Positions 1-9,741 of a DNA stretch of 32,000 bases are shown here, piece after piece; positions within the stretch are counted from its first letter, which is position 1; each line of letters begins with the position of its first letter. The DNA comes from Acaryochloris marina MBIC11017 (GTDB taxonomy: Bacteria; Cyanobacteriota; Cyanobacteriia; Thermosynechococcales; Thermosynechococcaceae): NCBI RefSeq assembly GCF_000018105.1, contig NC_009925.1:210001-242000 (forward strand). Direction: 5' to 3'. Both the position numbers and the translations under genes were made by a program. The notes beneath the pieces were generated by a model. That model searched no databases. It had not been told where the DNA came from and saw nothing but the letters and a program-made list of their open reading frames with translations.

Positions 1-1164
1 CCCTATAAGAGTCTTTGCTTAGCAACAATTGCCTTTGCGATCTCATTTGCCAGTTGGGGGGTGATCGCTGGGGTTGCTCCCTTACTGAAACAAGAATTAG
101 GACTCTCGGCTACTCAAGTTAGCCTCATGGTCGCTATCCCGGTTCTACTGGCGGCCTTGGGTCGGATCCCCTTAGGCATCCTCACAAATCGGTTTGGGGG
201 GCGTTTGGTCTTTAGCCTATTATTGATTCTCGGGATTATTCCTCCTGTCGCTTTGGCGCTGAATCACTCTTACCTCAGCCTCCTATTCTAGGGACTCTGG
301 CTAGGTTTAGCAGGGAGTTCCTTTACCGTTGGCATTGCCTTTGTATCCACTTGGTTCCCTACACGAGCACAAGGGACCGCTCTAGGCATCTATGGTTTGG
401 GAAATATTGGGCAATCGATTGCTTTGATTGGGGGACCATTGTTAGCCCATCGCTTTGGAATTGCGGCTCCGTTTCTCTTATTTGGTCTAGCGTCCCTCAC
501 TTGGGGGATTGTTTTCGCTATTTTTGCGCGGAACGCAAGAGGGAAAAGGGTGCCCAAGACTATTGGGCAGAATTTCAAGTTCCTCCGTCGAACAAAGCTG
601 GCCTGGGTACTCAGCCTGTTCTATTCACTGACTTTTGGTGGGTTTGTGACTCTCAGCATCTATTTGCCCACGATTTATCAAGAGACCTTTTCAATCAATT
701 CAACTACTGCAGGGGCACTCACGGCTACCTTTGTGATCGTCGCGACGGCTTGTCGGCCTTTTGGAGGATGGGTGAGTGATCGCATAGGCGGCAGAAAACT
801 CTTATTAATTGTCTTGTTAGGGGTCTTCCTCATTGGATGGACTTTGGCTATCCAATCAATGCTCCTCTTTACTCTAGGTAGCATTGGGAGTGCGGTTCTT
901 CTAGGACTAGGCAATGGAGGAGTCTTCAAACTTGTTCCCGAATATTTTCCTAAACAGACTGGCACCGTCACAGGCTTAGTGGGAGCAGCAGGAGGGCTGG
1001 GCGGTTTCTTTCCACCCATCTTTCTAGGAGTGATGAAAGATATGATGGGCAGCTATACATTCGGTTTTTTAGCTTTAAGTCTATTTGGCCTTATTTGTGC
1101 TGGAGTATTATGCATCACTTTCTTAGAAGTAAATCCCCCCAATTCGACTGTCCCTTCTCGATAG
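1..1164 (+). pseudogene. NarK/NrtP-type MFS nitrate/nitrite transporter. The 5' end lies outside the window and the reading frame is interrupted by an in-frame TAG at 289-291.
   Basis: Frame 1 is open from nt 1 to 288 and resumes in the same frame (ORFs 61-291 and 397-1164 are both frame 1). The translation is multi-TM. It shows NNP-family-like motifs: GRIPLGILTNRFGGR, LGLGNGGVFKLVPEYFP, GAAGGLGGFFPP. The single stop falls inside a conserved TM segment (LSLLF*GLWLGLAGSSF). Confidence 0.6.
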
Positions 1165-1293
1165 TGTTATTGATGAACTCGTGGTTGCGCTGGAGAATAG
1201 CGAACCCCAAAACAGATTTGGCATGTCAGTATCAGTTACTTCAGACTTATGATTGTTTCCAATCTTTGAGCTGGGTTTTAATTGCAAGTATGT

Positions 1294-1680
1294 TTAGTTA
1301 TGTCCTTTTTGGGCCGCTGCATCGATGCTGATTGATCCAGCCCCAGTGTAAATCACCATCAGGAGTCCCCCGATTAAACCCACATTTTTCAAGAAGGCAT
1401 TGACTTGGCTTGGATCGCCAATGAAATTATGAAATACCAGCGTGGCTGGAATCAGAAACAGAATCAGCAATAGTGCACCAAGTTTAACTTTATAGCCCAT
1501 GACCAGAGATAAGCCTCCCACAAGTTGAAAAACAATGGTGCCAATAGCGAGTGCTGGGGCCAAGGGGAGAGTTTTACCAATCATCTCAACGAAACCAGAA
1601 AATCCCAGTAGATGGTCAATTCCAGCCTTGAAAAAGATAAGGGACAAACAGATGCGAGCTGCCAAGGGTATGTATGTCAT
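1294..1680 (-). CDS. DoxX-family small integral membrane protein
   Basis: 128-aa ORF with four hydrophobic segments. The N-terminus (RICLSLIFFKAGIDHL) and overall layout are typical of DoxX-family proteins. Confidence 0.75.
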   Translation of the reverse strand: MTYIPLAARICLSLIFFKAGIDHLLGFSGFVEMIGKTLPLAPALAIGTIVFQLVGGLSLVMGYKVKLGALLLILFLIPATLVFHNFIGDPSQVNAFLKNVGLIGGLLMVIYTGAGSISIDAAAQKGHN

Positions 1681-1932
1681 CAGCTTTATCCTTTATGAGG
1701 TAAGGGGGGCTTTTATATCTTGAAGAATTTGACTGACATTTGTCAGGGTTCATTCAGGTTCAGACAACCCTATTATTTCGAGTGATTGAAAGCAGCGATT
1801 AACGTGAAGGTCTTAAGAGTGCGGTTGCTCCCTGTATCAATTGGATTTCCGTAAACTCTCGGATACAGAAAACACAAGAGCTTATTTACTATAGAGGAAT
1901 AAATATATAAATAAATCTAGTAATCAATAACT

Positions 1933-2049
1933 ATGTCACCGTTAGAAAAAGAACTTCTTCCTATAGATGAGACTGAAGTATTCCCAGAAAATGACGAGCT
2001 AGAGATTGTAGACCTTGATGATCTACTGAAAGAACTACAGCAAGATTGA
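1933..2049 (+). CDS. Possible 38-aa highly acidic small protein (MSPLEKELLPIDETEVFPENDELEIVDLDDLLKELQQD)
   Basis: ATG-initiated ORF read by hand. It ends 35 nt before the 2085 ORF on the same strand. No homology was recognised. Confidence 0.25.
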   Translation: MSPLEKELLPIDETEVFPENDELEIVDLDDLLKELQQD

Positions 2050-2084
2050 GGCTTAAAAATACTACTCGAAAAGATTAACCCTAC

Positions 2085-2531
2085 ATGGATCCTAATAGCC
2101 TTGCAGTCTGGAAAAACTTAGAGACTCATCTGGGTACTCCTTTCAGGAGAAATATGGTGGATCTCGTGTTGGAGATAGCCCGTGACCGGACTACCGATCC
2201 GCATAAGATTGCCACTTGGATGGTGACGACCTCTACTTCCATCTGTCATGCAACTTTCGGGACAAATGATCCCATGCCCTTGCTCTCACTCTATATCCGG
2301 GCATTAGATACCCAATATCCAGCCACCATGCAGGAAATTTATCAAATATTAGCCAATGAAGGCTTAGTGAAATATGCTCCTTCATCACTGAAACGTGACG
2401 ACTTCACGAGTATCCTCTGGGCTGCGGGTTCGACCTTTGCTAACGGCGAATTAAAACTGATAGAAGATAAGATCTATATCAGCCCTCAAGGATTACAGCG
2501 TTTGAGATCGATCTGGAAAGCACCAACGTGA
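2085..2531 (+). CDS. Hypothetical protein, 148 aa
   Basis: ATG-initiated ORF with balanced composition. No recognisable motif. Confidence 0.5.
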   Translation: MDPNSLAVWKNLETHLGTPFRRNMVDLVLEIARDRTTDPHKIATWMVTTSTSICHATFGTNDPMPLLSLYIRALDTQYPATMQEIYQILANEGLVKYAPSSLKRDDFTSILWAAGSTFANGELKLIEDKIYISPQGLQRLRSIWKAPT

Positions 2532-2897
2532 CAAACCAACAATCCTCGACTTTTATCGAAATAGAGCAGATTCAGGTACTTCTTAATTCGGACAGTTTCA
2601 AACTCAACTGTCAGCTCTGGCGAAAGGATTACTCTCTGCTTATAGTCTCAGCTCTTTCAATCATCAGACACTCAATCGCTTTGCCCTACTAAGACGAATG
2701 TTTTTGTGCTATTGACTTTAGGCATTGTTTTCATCAAAAATCTAGCAGCAACTCGAAGTTAATCTCTGATTGTAGTTAACCCCAATTCGGGTTAAGCCCA
2801 TTTTTGAGCCTCTTCTACGAAAGGATGAAGGTTTCAGCCTTTATCCCGAACTCAGGTTTCATTAAATAAATTCTTTTATTCCTAGAAGAAATTTTTT

Positions 2898-2934
2898 AAA
2901 AAAAAAGGGACAGTTCACGGTACTGGAACTGCCC
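2898..2934 (-). terminator. Intrinsic-terminator-like hairpin plus U-tract, read on the minus strand
   Basis: Minus strand reads GGGCAGTTC-cagtaccgt-GAACTGTCCC followed by TTTTTTTTT. On the plus strand this is an A-run at 2898-2906 and the stem-loop at 2907-2934. No annotated minus-strand gene ends nearby. Confidence 0.5.
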
Positions 2935-3180
2935 ATAAATATTCTGTGATAGATGAGAGAATTGCTCTATTCTCATCTCTTTCAATTGAGAATACCCAGG
3001 TCGGGAGCATACCTGACAAAGTGATGCGAATGAATTTCAAAGTCTTACTCAATTAAGATGTTCCTACATCAGAAGGCGTATAGTTCGAGATTTCACTGAG
3101 ATTGTCAAGGTCTTTAGTACAGCTAAAACACGACTTCCTCTCGCTGACCAGCTCATTCCCTTATTCTTCTGGCGATGTCC

Positions 3181-3381
3181 GATGACAACATCTACTCCAT
3201 TTTTTAGCTCGACCACTGCCAACTGTCATTCCAAAATGCTAGCGACGACGGTAATCAACATTGGGTCAAAGCTGGAGAGTTGATTGGCTACATGAGCAAC
3301 ACAGAATGGTCTACTGCTCCTTATCTGAGAAATGAGCGTGAAGACTCTAACTATACGAATGTTATTTGGAGATGTGTTTAA
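3181..3381 (+). pseudogene. Possible decayed C-terminal fragment of an M23 (LytM-type) peptidase
   Basis: The frame-1 translation VKAGELIGYMSNTEWSTAPYLRNE resembles the M23 motif V.kGq.IG.vG.TG.STGPHLHFE. The upstream part (DDNIYSIF*L) contains a stop. There is no start and no intact ORF. Confidence 0.3.
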
Positions 3382-3920
3382 CGCTTATTTCTAAGCATAT
3401 TGACAATCTACAAACTCGAATTATAAAAAAGCTGTTGTTTGATGTGATAAATATCACTATTTATGAAAAAGATTTCCATAAAAACTTCAGGTTTTATGGA
3501 AACTATTCTCTCATAAAATGCTTTAAATAAGTTATATATTTGAAATATTTGGGAATTTTAAATCGTAAGATGTTCACTTTAGTTTCTTGGTGATGGACAA
3601 CCAAAAGATAAACATCTTCAGGCAGGGACGAGTTGTGAACTATTTTCCTTAGTCTTGAGCTGGACCCTCATACGATGGGATTTACAACTTAGTCTCTGTC
3701 TGCATCTAATTGAGATATAAATGAGGATGCGACAACGCCTCGAAATACCCATTACCTAACAAAATGGCCTGTATTTTGCTGCTAAAGCACTGCCGTTACG
3801 TCACTTCAATATATAGAGTTGCTCATCTCTATACGAAATTGGTATTGGCTGCTTTCCTGTAACTAGGCTTTGATGCGCTTTCTTCAAGAACCAGCATTAG
3901 ATTGTATTATTTCATTGGAA

Positions 3921-4691
3921 TCAATCATTTTTATGGAGGTTAGGATTGCTGCGGGCAAAGCTTAAGTCGGTAGTCACAGCTCTGAAGCTAGGCTTTGCAA
4001 AGTAATAGCCCTGAAATAATTGGAGACCTAATTCCCTAAGAACGTCTAATTCTAAATCTGTTTCAATGCCTTCTGCAATCGGTTCAATGGCTAAATCTCG
4101 ACAGACTTGCACAATTCCTCGAACAATGGCCTGCCGCGCTTTGTCTTTATCAATATTCCGAATCAAAGCCATGTCTATCTTAATAAAGTCAGGTCGGAAA
4201 TCAGCCAGAAAGTTAAACCCAGAATAACCGGCTCCAAAGTCATCCAACGCTGTTCTAAACCCCAACTTTTGATAGTGCTTAATGATGGATTGAACATGGG
4301 CATAATCTATAACCTTTTCAACTTCCGTTAGCTCAAATAGAATTCGGCTAATGGGAAAATTACATCGTTCAGCCGTTTCAAGTGTTGTCTGAAGACAAAG
4401 TTCTGGATGGTACACTGCATTGGGCAAAAAGTTGATACTCAATATCGATTGAATGTCTAACTCTGCGGCAAGCTGAATCGCCTGAACCCGACAAGCTTGA
4501 TCAAAGCGATATAGGTTCTCATCCGTTACTTGCTCCAAAATACTGATCGCTGATTCATTATTCATGCCTCGAGCCAGCGCTTCTTGCGCAAAAATACTGC
4601 CATCTGCAAGATTCACAATGGGCTGAAAGGCCATTGTGAAGCGAAAGTTCAGCCTAGACGAATTCAGACAACCGTCACACTCCCTAGCCAT
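3921..4691 (-). CDS. Stand-alone EAL-domain c-di-GMP phosphodiesterase
   Basis: All canonical EAL motifs are present: QEALAR, NFLPN, ELTE, DDFGAGYSG, KIDMALIR, EGIET, QGYYFAKP. There is no GGDEF or sensor domain, only a short N-terminus with a CDGC motif. Confidence 0.9.
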   Translation of the reverse strand: MARECDGCLNSSRLNFRFTMAFQPIVNLADGSIFAQEALARGMNNESAISILEQVTDENLYRFDQACRVQAIQLAAELDIQSILSINFLPNAVYHPELCLQTTLETAERCNFPISRILFELTEVEKVIDYAHVQSIIKHYQKLGFRTALDDFGAGYSGFNFLADFRPDFIKIDMALIRNIDKDKARQAIVRGIVQVCRDLAIEPIAEGIETDLELDVLRELGLQLFQGYYFAKPSFRAVTTDLSFARSNPNLHKND

Positions 4692-5131
4692 TGAACTCTA
4701 CACAACCGCAGCTGGAATTCTTGGACATGAGGCTAGACATAGGCCAGATCAAGATAAACAATATCTGCAAATTGTGCTGCTTCTTGGCAACCCAGGCAAG
4801 TTGATGCTGTTTACCTCATCGACCAGTATGCCCACTGCGTCAACGTGGAGCCTCTCATTCCCCAAAATTCTGGATTGGGCCTTCTGGGGGCTTATTAAAA
4901 ATATTCAGCAGAAATCTGACGAACAACCATCATTCTGAATCTTCAAAAGTCGTCCTCTTTTTGAAATATTTTTAACTTTAATATTGCCTTGAGATAGATA
5001 TAAATGATTGGGGACCTATTCAGATTATTAGTTCATATAAATGGGTACTCTACGGACATCAGTTAATGGGTGAGGTGGGGGAGTATCTCTCCTTATCACT
5101 AGCGGTCCAATTTACTCCGTGAGCGTTTCAA

Positions 5132-7399
5132 GTGTTTAAGCTACTGCGATACTATTCCATCACCAGCTTTGTGGCTTTCGTAGTGGCCATTGCTGCCCTG
5201 AATCAGTACACGCGAGATCGTGCCATTCAGAGCTTAGTCACAGTTACTGAGAATAAGAATGTTGCCCTGACTCAATCCTTTGCTAATACCCTCTGGAAGA
5301 CCCATGGATCCTTCTTAAGCAATACTCAATCTTTGACAGCAAAACAGTTAAAGTCCCATCCCCAAACCCTGAAGCTGACGAAGGATATCGAATCCTGGGC
5401 AGAAGGACTCCCCGTGTTGAAAGTAAAGGTCTTTGATACACAAGGGCGGACTGTCTTTTCAACGAGTACCAAGCAAATTGGCCAAGACAAGCGTCAATCA
5501 AAAGGCTTCCAGGCAGCCATTCAGGGGCAATCCCGCTCCTTCATCAACCATAAAGACACCTTTACAGGTATGAAGGGCCAGATGAAGGATCGCAATCTTC
5601 TGTCGAGCTATCTACCTCTGCGTCCCGATGGCCCAGACGGCTCCATTGAAGGGGTATTTGAGATGTATACCGATGTCACCCCGTTGCTGGAACGAGTGGA
5701 AACCACCCAGCGCAATATTTTGTGGGGAACCAGTGGGGTGCTTGGGTTGTTGTATGGAGTTCTGTTTGCAATTGTCTATCGAGGTGATCGCATTATTCAA
5801 GAAAAGCATGCTGCCGCTGCTGCCGCCGCCCGAGCAAAAGACGACTTCTTGGCGATGATGAGTCACGAAATTCGCACACCAATGAATGGCGTGATTGGCA
5901 TGACTGGCTTGCTCCTGGATACAGAGTTAACGCCTCAACAGCAAGAATATACAGAAACGATTCGTAAAAGTGGGGATAGTCTCCTCACGCTTATTAATGA
6001 CATTCTGGATTACTCCAAAATTGAAGCCGGTAAGCTGGATCTGGAAAAACAGGCATTTAATGTCCGGGTTTGTGTGGAAGATGCCTTAGAGCTGGTGGCC
6101 TCTCGGGTGGGTCCCAAGGAGATTGAGTTGGCAGGGGTGGTTGAACCCGATGTTCCCCAGGCGATTTTGGGAGATGTGACCCGCCTACGCCAGATTCTCG
6201 TCAACCTGTTGGGCAATGCCATCAAGTTCACCCAATCTGGGGAAGTCGTGGTTAACGTTTCGGCTGAGCCCTTTGCAGCGGATACTCCTTTGTATGAACT
6301 CAGTTTTGCCGTCAGAGATACGGGTATGGGGATTCCTGCTGAACGCCAGAATCGTCTATTCAAATCCTTTAGCCAGGTGGACTCATCGACCACCCGTAAA
6401 TTTGGTGGAACAGGGTTGGGGCTAGTCATCTGTAAGCGTTTAAGTGAACTGATGGGCGGTCGGATTTGGGTTGAAAGTGAAGAAGGTCAAGGGTCCACCT
6501 TTGCCTTTACGATTCAAGCCGAAGAGACGGAAGATACAACGGTGTTGGCTCAATCGCTACCTGCTGTTACCTTGAAGGACAAGCGGGTGCTGCTTGTGGA
6601 TGATAACGACACCAATCAACGGGTTCTCACCCTGCAAACAGAATCTTGGAAAATGAAACCTCAGGTGGCTGCGTCTGGCTACGAGGCTTTAGGGCTGTTG
6701 GAACATGCGGGTCCTTTTGATATCGCGATTCTGGATATGCAAATGCCTGAAATGGATGGCCTCACTTTGGCTCAGAAAATTCGCAGTCATCCTCGGGGGG
6801 TAAACTTCCCAATGGTAATGTTGACCTCCATTGGTCAGGCTCCTGACTTAGCCCATCACAAAGGTCTGTTTTCAGCCTGGCTCAATAAGCCGATCAAACA
6901 ATCCCAGCTCTATAGCGCCCTGGTCAAATCCTTAACGGGAAATGAAGTCAAAACTCAAAAGTCTACTACTCTTCAGCTAGATACAGAGATGGCGGATCAG
7001 CATCCCTTGAAGATTTTGCTGGCGGAAGATAACCCCGTCAACCAGAAACTGGCTGTGTTGATTTTAGCCAAAATGGGCTATCGCCCTGATGTTGTGGGCA
7101 ATGGTTTGGAAGTTCTGCAAGCCCTCAAGCGCCAATCCTATGATGTCATTCTGATGGATGTTAATATGCCGGAAATGGACGGGCTGACGGCAACAACCCA
7201 TATTTACCAATCGATAATGCCGGAAGAACGACCCAGGATTATTGCGATGACCGCCAATGCCATGCAGGGGGATCGCGAAAAATGCCTGGATGTTGGCATG
7301 GATGACTACGTGACCAAACCCATCAATATTCAGGAACTTGTGGTTGCCTTGGAGAATAGCGAGCCTCAAACAACAGAAAGTCAGCCGATTAAAACATGA
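5132..7399 (+). CDS. Hybrid sensor histidine kinase. Layout: TM, extracytoplasmic domain, TM, HisKA, HATPase, two receiver domains.
   Basis: H-box [17 protein letters not shown] boxes [23 protein letters not shown]. Two REC domains (VLLVDDND...[11 protein letters not shown] and ILLAEDNP...[11 protein letters not shown]...K). GTG start as given in the ORF track. Confidence 0.9.
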   Translation: MFKLLRYYSITSFVAFVVAIAALNQYTRDRAIQSLVTVTENKNVALTQSFANTLWKTHGSFLSNTQSLTAKQLKSHPQTLKLTKDIESWAEGLPVLKVKVFDTQGRTVFSTSTKQIGQDKRQSKGFQAAIQGQSRSFINHKDTFTGMKGQMKDRNLLSSYLPLRPDGPDGSIEGVFEMYTDVTPLLERVETTQRNILWGTSGVLGLLYGVLFAIVYRGDRIIQEKHAAAAAAARAKDDFLAMMSHEIRTPMNGVIGMTGLLLDTELTPQQQEYTETIRKSGDSLLTLINDILDYSKIEAGKLDLEKQAFNVRVCVEDALELVASRVGPKEIELAGVVEPDVPQAILGDVTRLRQILVNLLGNAIKFTQSGEVVVNVSAEPFAADTPLYELSFAVRDTGMGIPAERQNRLFKSFSQVDSSTTRKFGGTGLGLVICKRLSELMGGRIWVESEEGQGSTFAFTIQAEETEDTTVLAQSLPAVTLKDKRVLLVDDNDTNQRVLTLQTESWKMKPQVAASGYEALGLLEHAGPFDIAILDMQMPEMDGLTLAQKIRSHPRGVNFPMVMLTSIGQAPDLAHHKGLFSAWLNKPIKQSQLYSALVKSLTGNEVKTQKSTTLQLDTEMADQHPLKILLAEDNPVNQKLAVLILAKMGYRPDVVGNGLEVLQALKRQSYDVILMDVNMPEMDGLTATTHIYQSIMPEERPRIIAMTANAMQGDREKCLDVGMDDYVTKPINIQELVVALENSEPQTTESQPIKT

Positions 7400-7594
7400 G
7401 GTTGAATCATTTAGTTAGAGTAATGAGAGCTTGGGTTTTAATCAAAATATCCTTTGGATTCTACTGAACTGGGATAAAATCTCTCAATAATTTCAAGAAA
7501 ACGACCATTTAGATCAGAATTGGATTACCCATAGCCAATATCGCACTATACCGCTGCCCTTCAGTCTAAAATCGATTTGCGTACAACGATAGAC

Positions 7595-8455
7595 TTAATC
7601 TAAGTGGGGCAACTGACGAGCCATTGCTTTACAATACCCAAGAGCAATTTCTGCATTTGCCGTTTTACCTTGTTCTCGAAATAACTCCGCAGCGGCCTGG
7701 AAATCAGCCATTGCTCCTTGTGGGTCTCCTAAGATGGCCCGTAGCAAACCTCGACTCCCATAAGCCTGTGCATGGTCAGAGCACAATTGAAGTGCTTCCG
7801 TATAGAGTGCCACAGCCTGCCTAGGAGCCGCACTCTCCGCTTGCATTGCTGCTTTAAGTAGCGTTTCTGCTTTTTGTTTGATTGCACCGTATGAACCGGG
7901 GGGATCAAAATCTGGGCTGTGCTCAAACAGAGCTTCCAGATTAGCCACTTGCTGATGATGGAATTGCTGGAACTGCGCTAAAAGTCTTAGGGCAAGCTCT
8001 TGTTCATCTGGATCTGCTAGTAAGGTTGCCACTGCCTCAGTTGCTACAGCTCCTATCTCCCATAATTTTTGGGCGATGAGGTAGTCAAGGCTCTGATCTT
8101 CACAAGCTTTAAGCATATCAATCAGCCCCATAACCTGTTGCTGAGGCTCAATTTTACTGAAGGTCAAATTGACCAAAGATTTCAAATCAGCATCCAGGAC
8201 GTGTTCTTGCTCTATGAAGACTAAGTTGGGGACTGCCTTAGCACCAAACAGCGGTATTATTTGAGCGACTTGGGACCGAAGTTTAGAATCCGTCTCACTT
8301 AACAAGATATGGAAAGCCAAGCCTAAAAAACTTTCAATATTCCACCAGTCCAGGTCAACGGATTGTACTCTTTCACTCGCAATTGGAAGTAGTTGTTGAA
8401 GGCAAATACTATATAAATCTTGGTGGGGTTCTAAGAAGCAAGAATCAGACATCAA
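7595..8455 (-). CDS. Hypothetical protein with C-terminal TPR-like repeats
   Basis: 286-aa ORF. The C-terminal segment AVALYTEALQLCSDHAQAYGSRGLLRAILGDPQGAMADFQAAAELF fits the TPR consensus. Confidence 0.6.
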   Translation of the reverse strand: MMSDSCFLEPHQDLYSICLQQLLPIASERVQSVDLDWWNIESFLGLAFHILLSETDSKLRSQVAQIIPLFGAKAVPNLVFIEQEHVLDADLKSLVNLTFSKIEPQQQVMGLIDMLKACEDQSLDYLIAQKLWEIGAVATEAVATLLADPDEQELALRLLAQFQQFHHQQVANLEALFEHSPDFDPPGSYGAIKQKAETLLKAAMQAESAAPRQAVALYTEALQLCSDHAQAYGSRGLLRAILGDPQGAMADFQAAAELFREQGKTANAEIALGYCKAMARQLPHLD

Positions 8456-8880
8456 AGGACCTCTTGCTAAACTTCAAACAGATAAAAACTTATTTTTACT
8501 GTAGAGTATTTAGCATTTGAAGTGCCATGCGTTCATGCCAGGATTCTATAAAAATTAGTAATTACCTTACTGCAGTAAGACATTCTGGGGTATGACAATC
8601 ATCACTCAAAGTGAAGGCCAAAAGATAATAGCAGTATGTATACTGGTTTGCAGCTCCACTAATTCCTGAGAATTGTGAAGTCATATCGTCCTTGCGACTA
8701 TTTATGAATATTAATCAAGAAAACAACCCATTCCTATTAGTAGGTGGGTCGTTTAGGTTTGCATAATATTTGGTGTTGTCAGCATAGACCTAGCTTTAAA
8801 AGAAAGAATATGAGAATTCTTCGTCTTTGGCTATGCCTTAACCCCTCCGATTTCGATCAGCGAACCATCGATATGGAACC

Positions 8881-9339
8881 TTAATCATTAACAGGCCATT
8901 TCCATGTAAAGAATGGCTCATTGCCATCCTTACGATAGGCATTTGCAACAATCACTCCGGCTGAATCATCTGCAGATAGAATAAGATGTTTCTGAAAAAA
9001 ATCATTACGAGGTTGCTGGGCTGATTGAACCCAGACCGTTTGAGCAGGTCGAGGTCCTTTATACTGAGAGGCAGCGTCGGGCTCGTATTCTTCGCTGGGG
9101 GGCGTTAGCTCTGCAGTACCAGCGGTGGAAGTCATATAGTTCACAATCTCGGAAGGGGTTTCGAGGGTCGGACGATCTTCTAACTTCTCAATAATGGATA
9201 GAGAAAACGCTGCCGTCTGATCCATTTCGGCATCACCAGAGCTTTCAAGTTGGGTTGTCTTGCTTGAGCAGCCTATCAATAGTAGAAGACTGATCGTCCC
9301 TGGAATGACCCATTCTCTTAATCTCAGTAAGGTATTCAT
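8881..9339 (-). CDS. Putative lipoprotein
   Basis: N-terminal signal peptide ending in the lipobox LLIGC followed by SS (MNTLLRLREWVIPGTISLLLLIGCSS). Confidence 0.7.
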   Translation of the reverse strand: MNTLLRLREWVIPGTISLLLLIGCSSKTTQLESSGDAEMDQTAAFSLSIIEKLEDRPTLETPSEIVNYMTSTAGTAELTPPSEEYEPDAASQYKGPRPAQTVWVQSAQQPRNDFFQKHLILSADDSAGVIVANAYRKDGNEPFFTWKWPVND

Positions 9340-9718
9340 GGCTGAATTGTTGGAGTATCAACGTTGAAATTCTCTAGAAGAGGCTGGCTGACATTACTTG
9401 CTGGTATGACCATAACGGGTCCAAATCAATGCCAGTTGAATGCTTTCGTGTTTTTCTTCCAACCGTGATGGTACCCAAATACGGTGTGTTCTATTCATCA
9501 GTAGCTAGGATGTCACCAACCAAGTTGGCGGTCATAAGGTCTGGGTTAAAGCAACTGAATAGATATGATTCTTCGATATGTGCTATGAGATAAATCCAAT
9601 GGCTTGAACAACTTCATATCGGCGCGTTAGCTCTTGATAAAGACAGAATTATTTTTCCTGAGATGAACAAATCATCATTAATCGATTAAAAAGAAGTAAC
9701 ATTTAGCCCAGACCTTAT

Positions 9719-9741
9719 CCCTCTTTTATCACTTTAGACAG
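9719..9741. repeat. Left terminal inverted repeat of the IS (CCCTCTTTTATCACTTTAGACAG)
   Basis: Exact reverse complement of 11088-11110. Confidence 0.9.

Noticed and set aside
289-291. The in-frame TAG as programmed recoding (pyrrolysine or read-through)
   Set aside because: There is no Pyl machinery or PYLIS-like context in view, and this kind of organism is not known to use it. A nonsense mutation or sequencing error is far more parsimonious.
351-1019. ORFs 351-779 (+), 390-578 (-) and 678-1019 (-) overlapping the MFS gene
   Set aside because: These are alternative-frame or antisense shadows of the transporter gene. Their composition is Trp/Arg/Pro-rich and unlike real proteins.
4636-4938. 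100-aa plus-strand ORF in the EAL/kinase divergent intergenic region
   Set aside because: It starts inside the EAL gene on the opposite strand and has no RBS or motif. The region is more likely promoter space.
5283-7369. Antisense and alternative-frame ORFs inside the hybrid kinase gene (5283-5501, 5612-5866, 5628-5858, 6010-6429, 6216-6425, 7064-7369)
   Set aside because: They lie entirely within a strongly supported CDS and have no independent signals.
9394-9498. 34-aa minus-strand ORF (MNRTHRIWVPSRLEEKHESIQLALIWTRYGHTSK) between the lipoprotein gene and the IS
   Set aside because: It is too short, with no RBS or recognisable family. It is kept only as a note.
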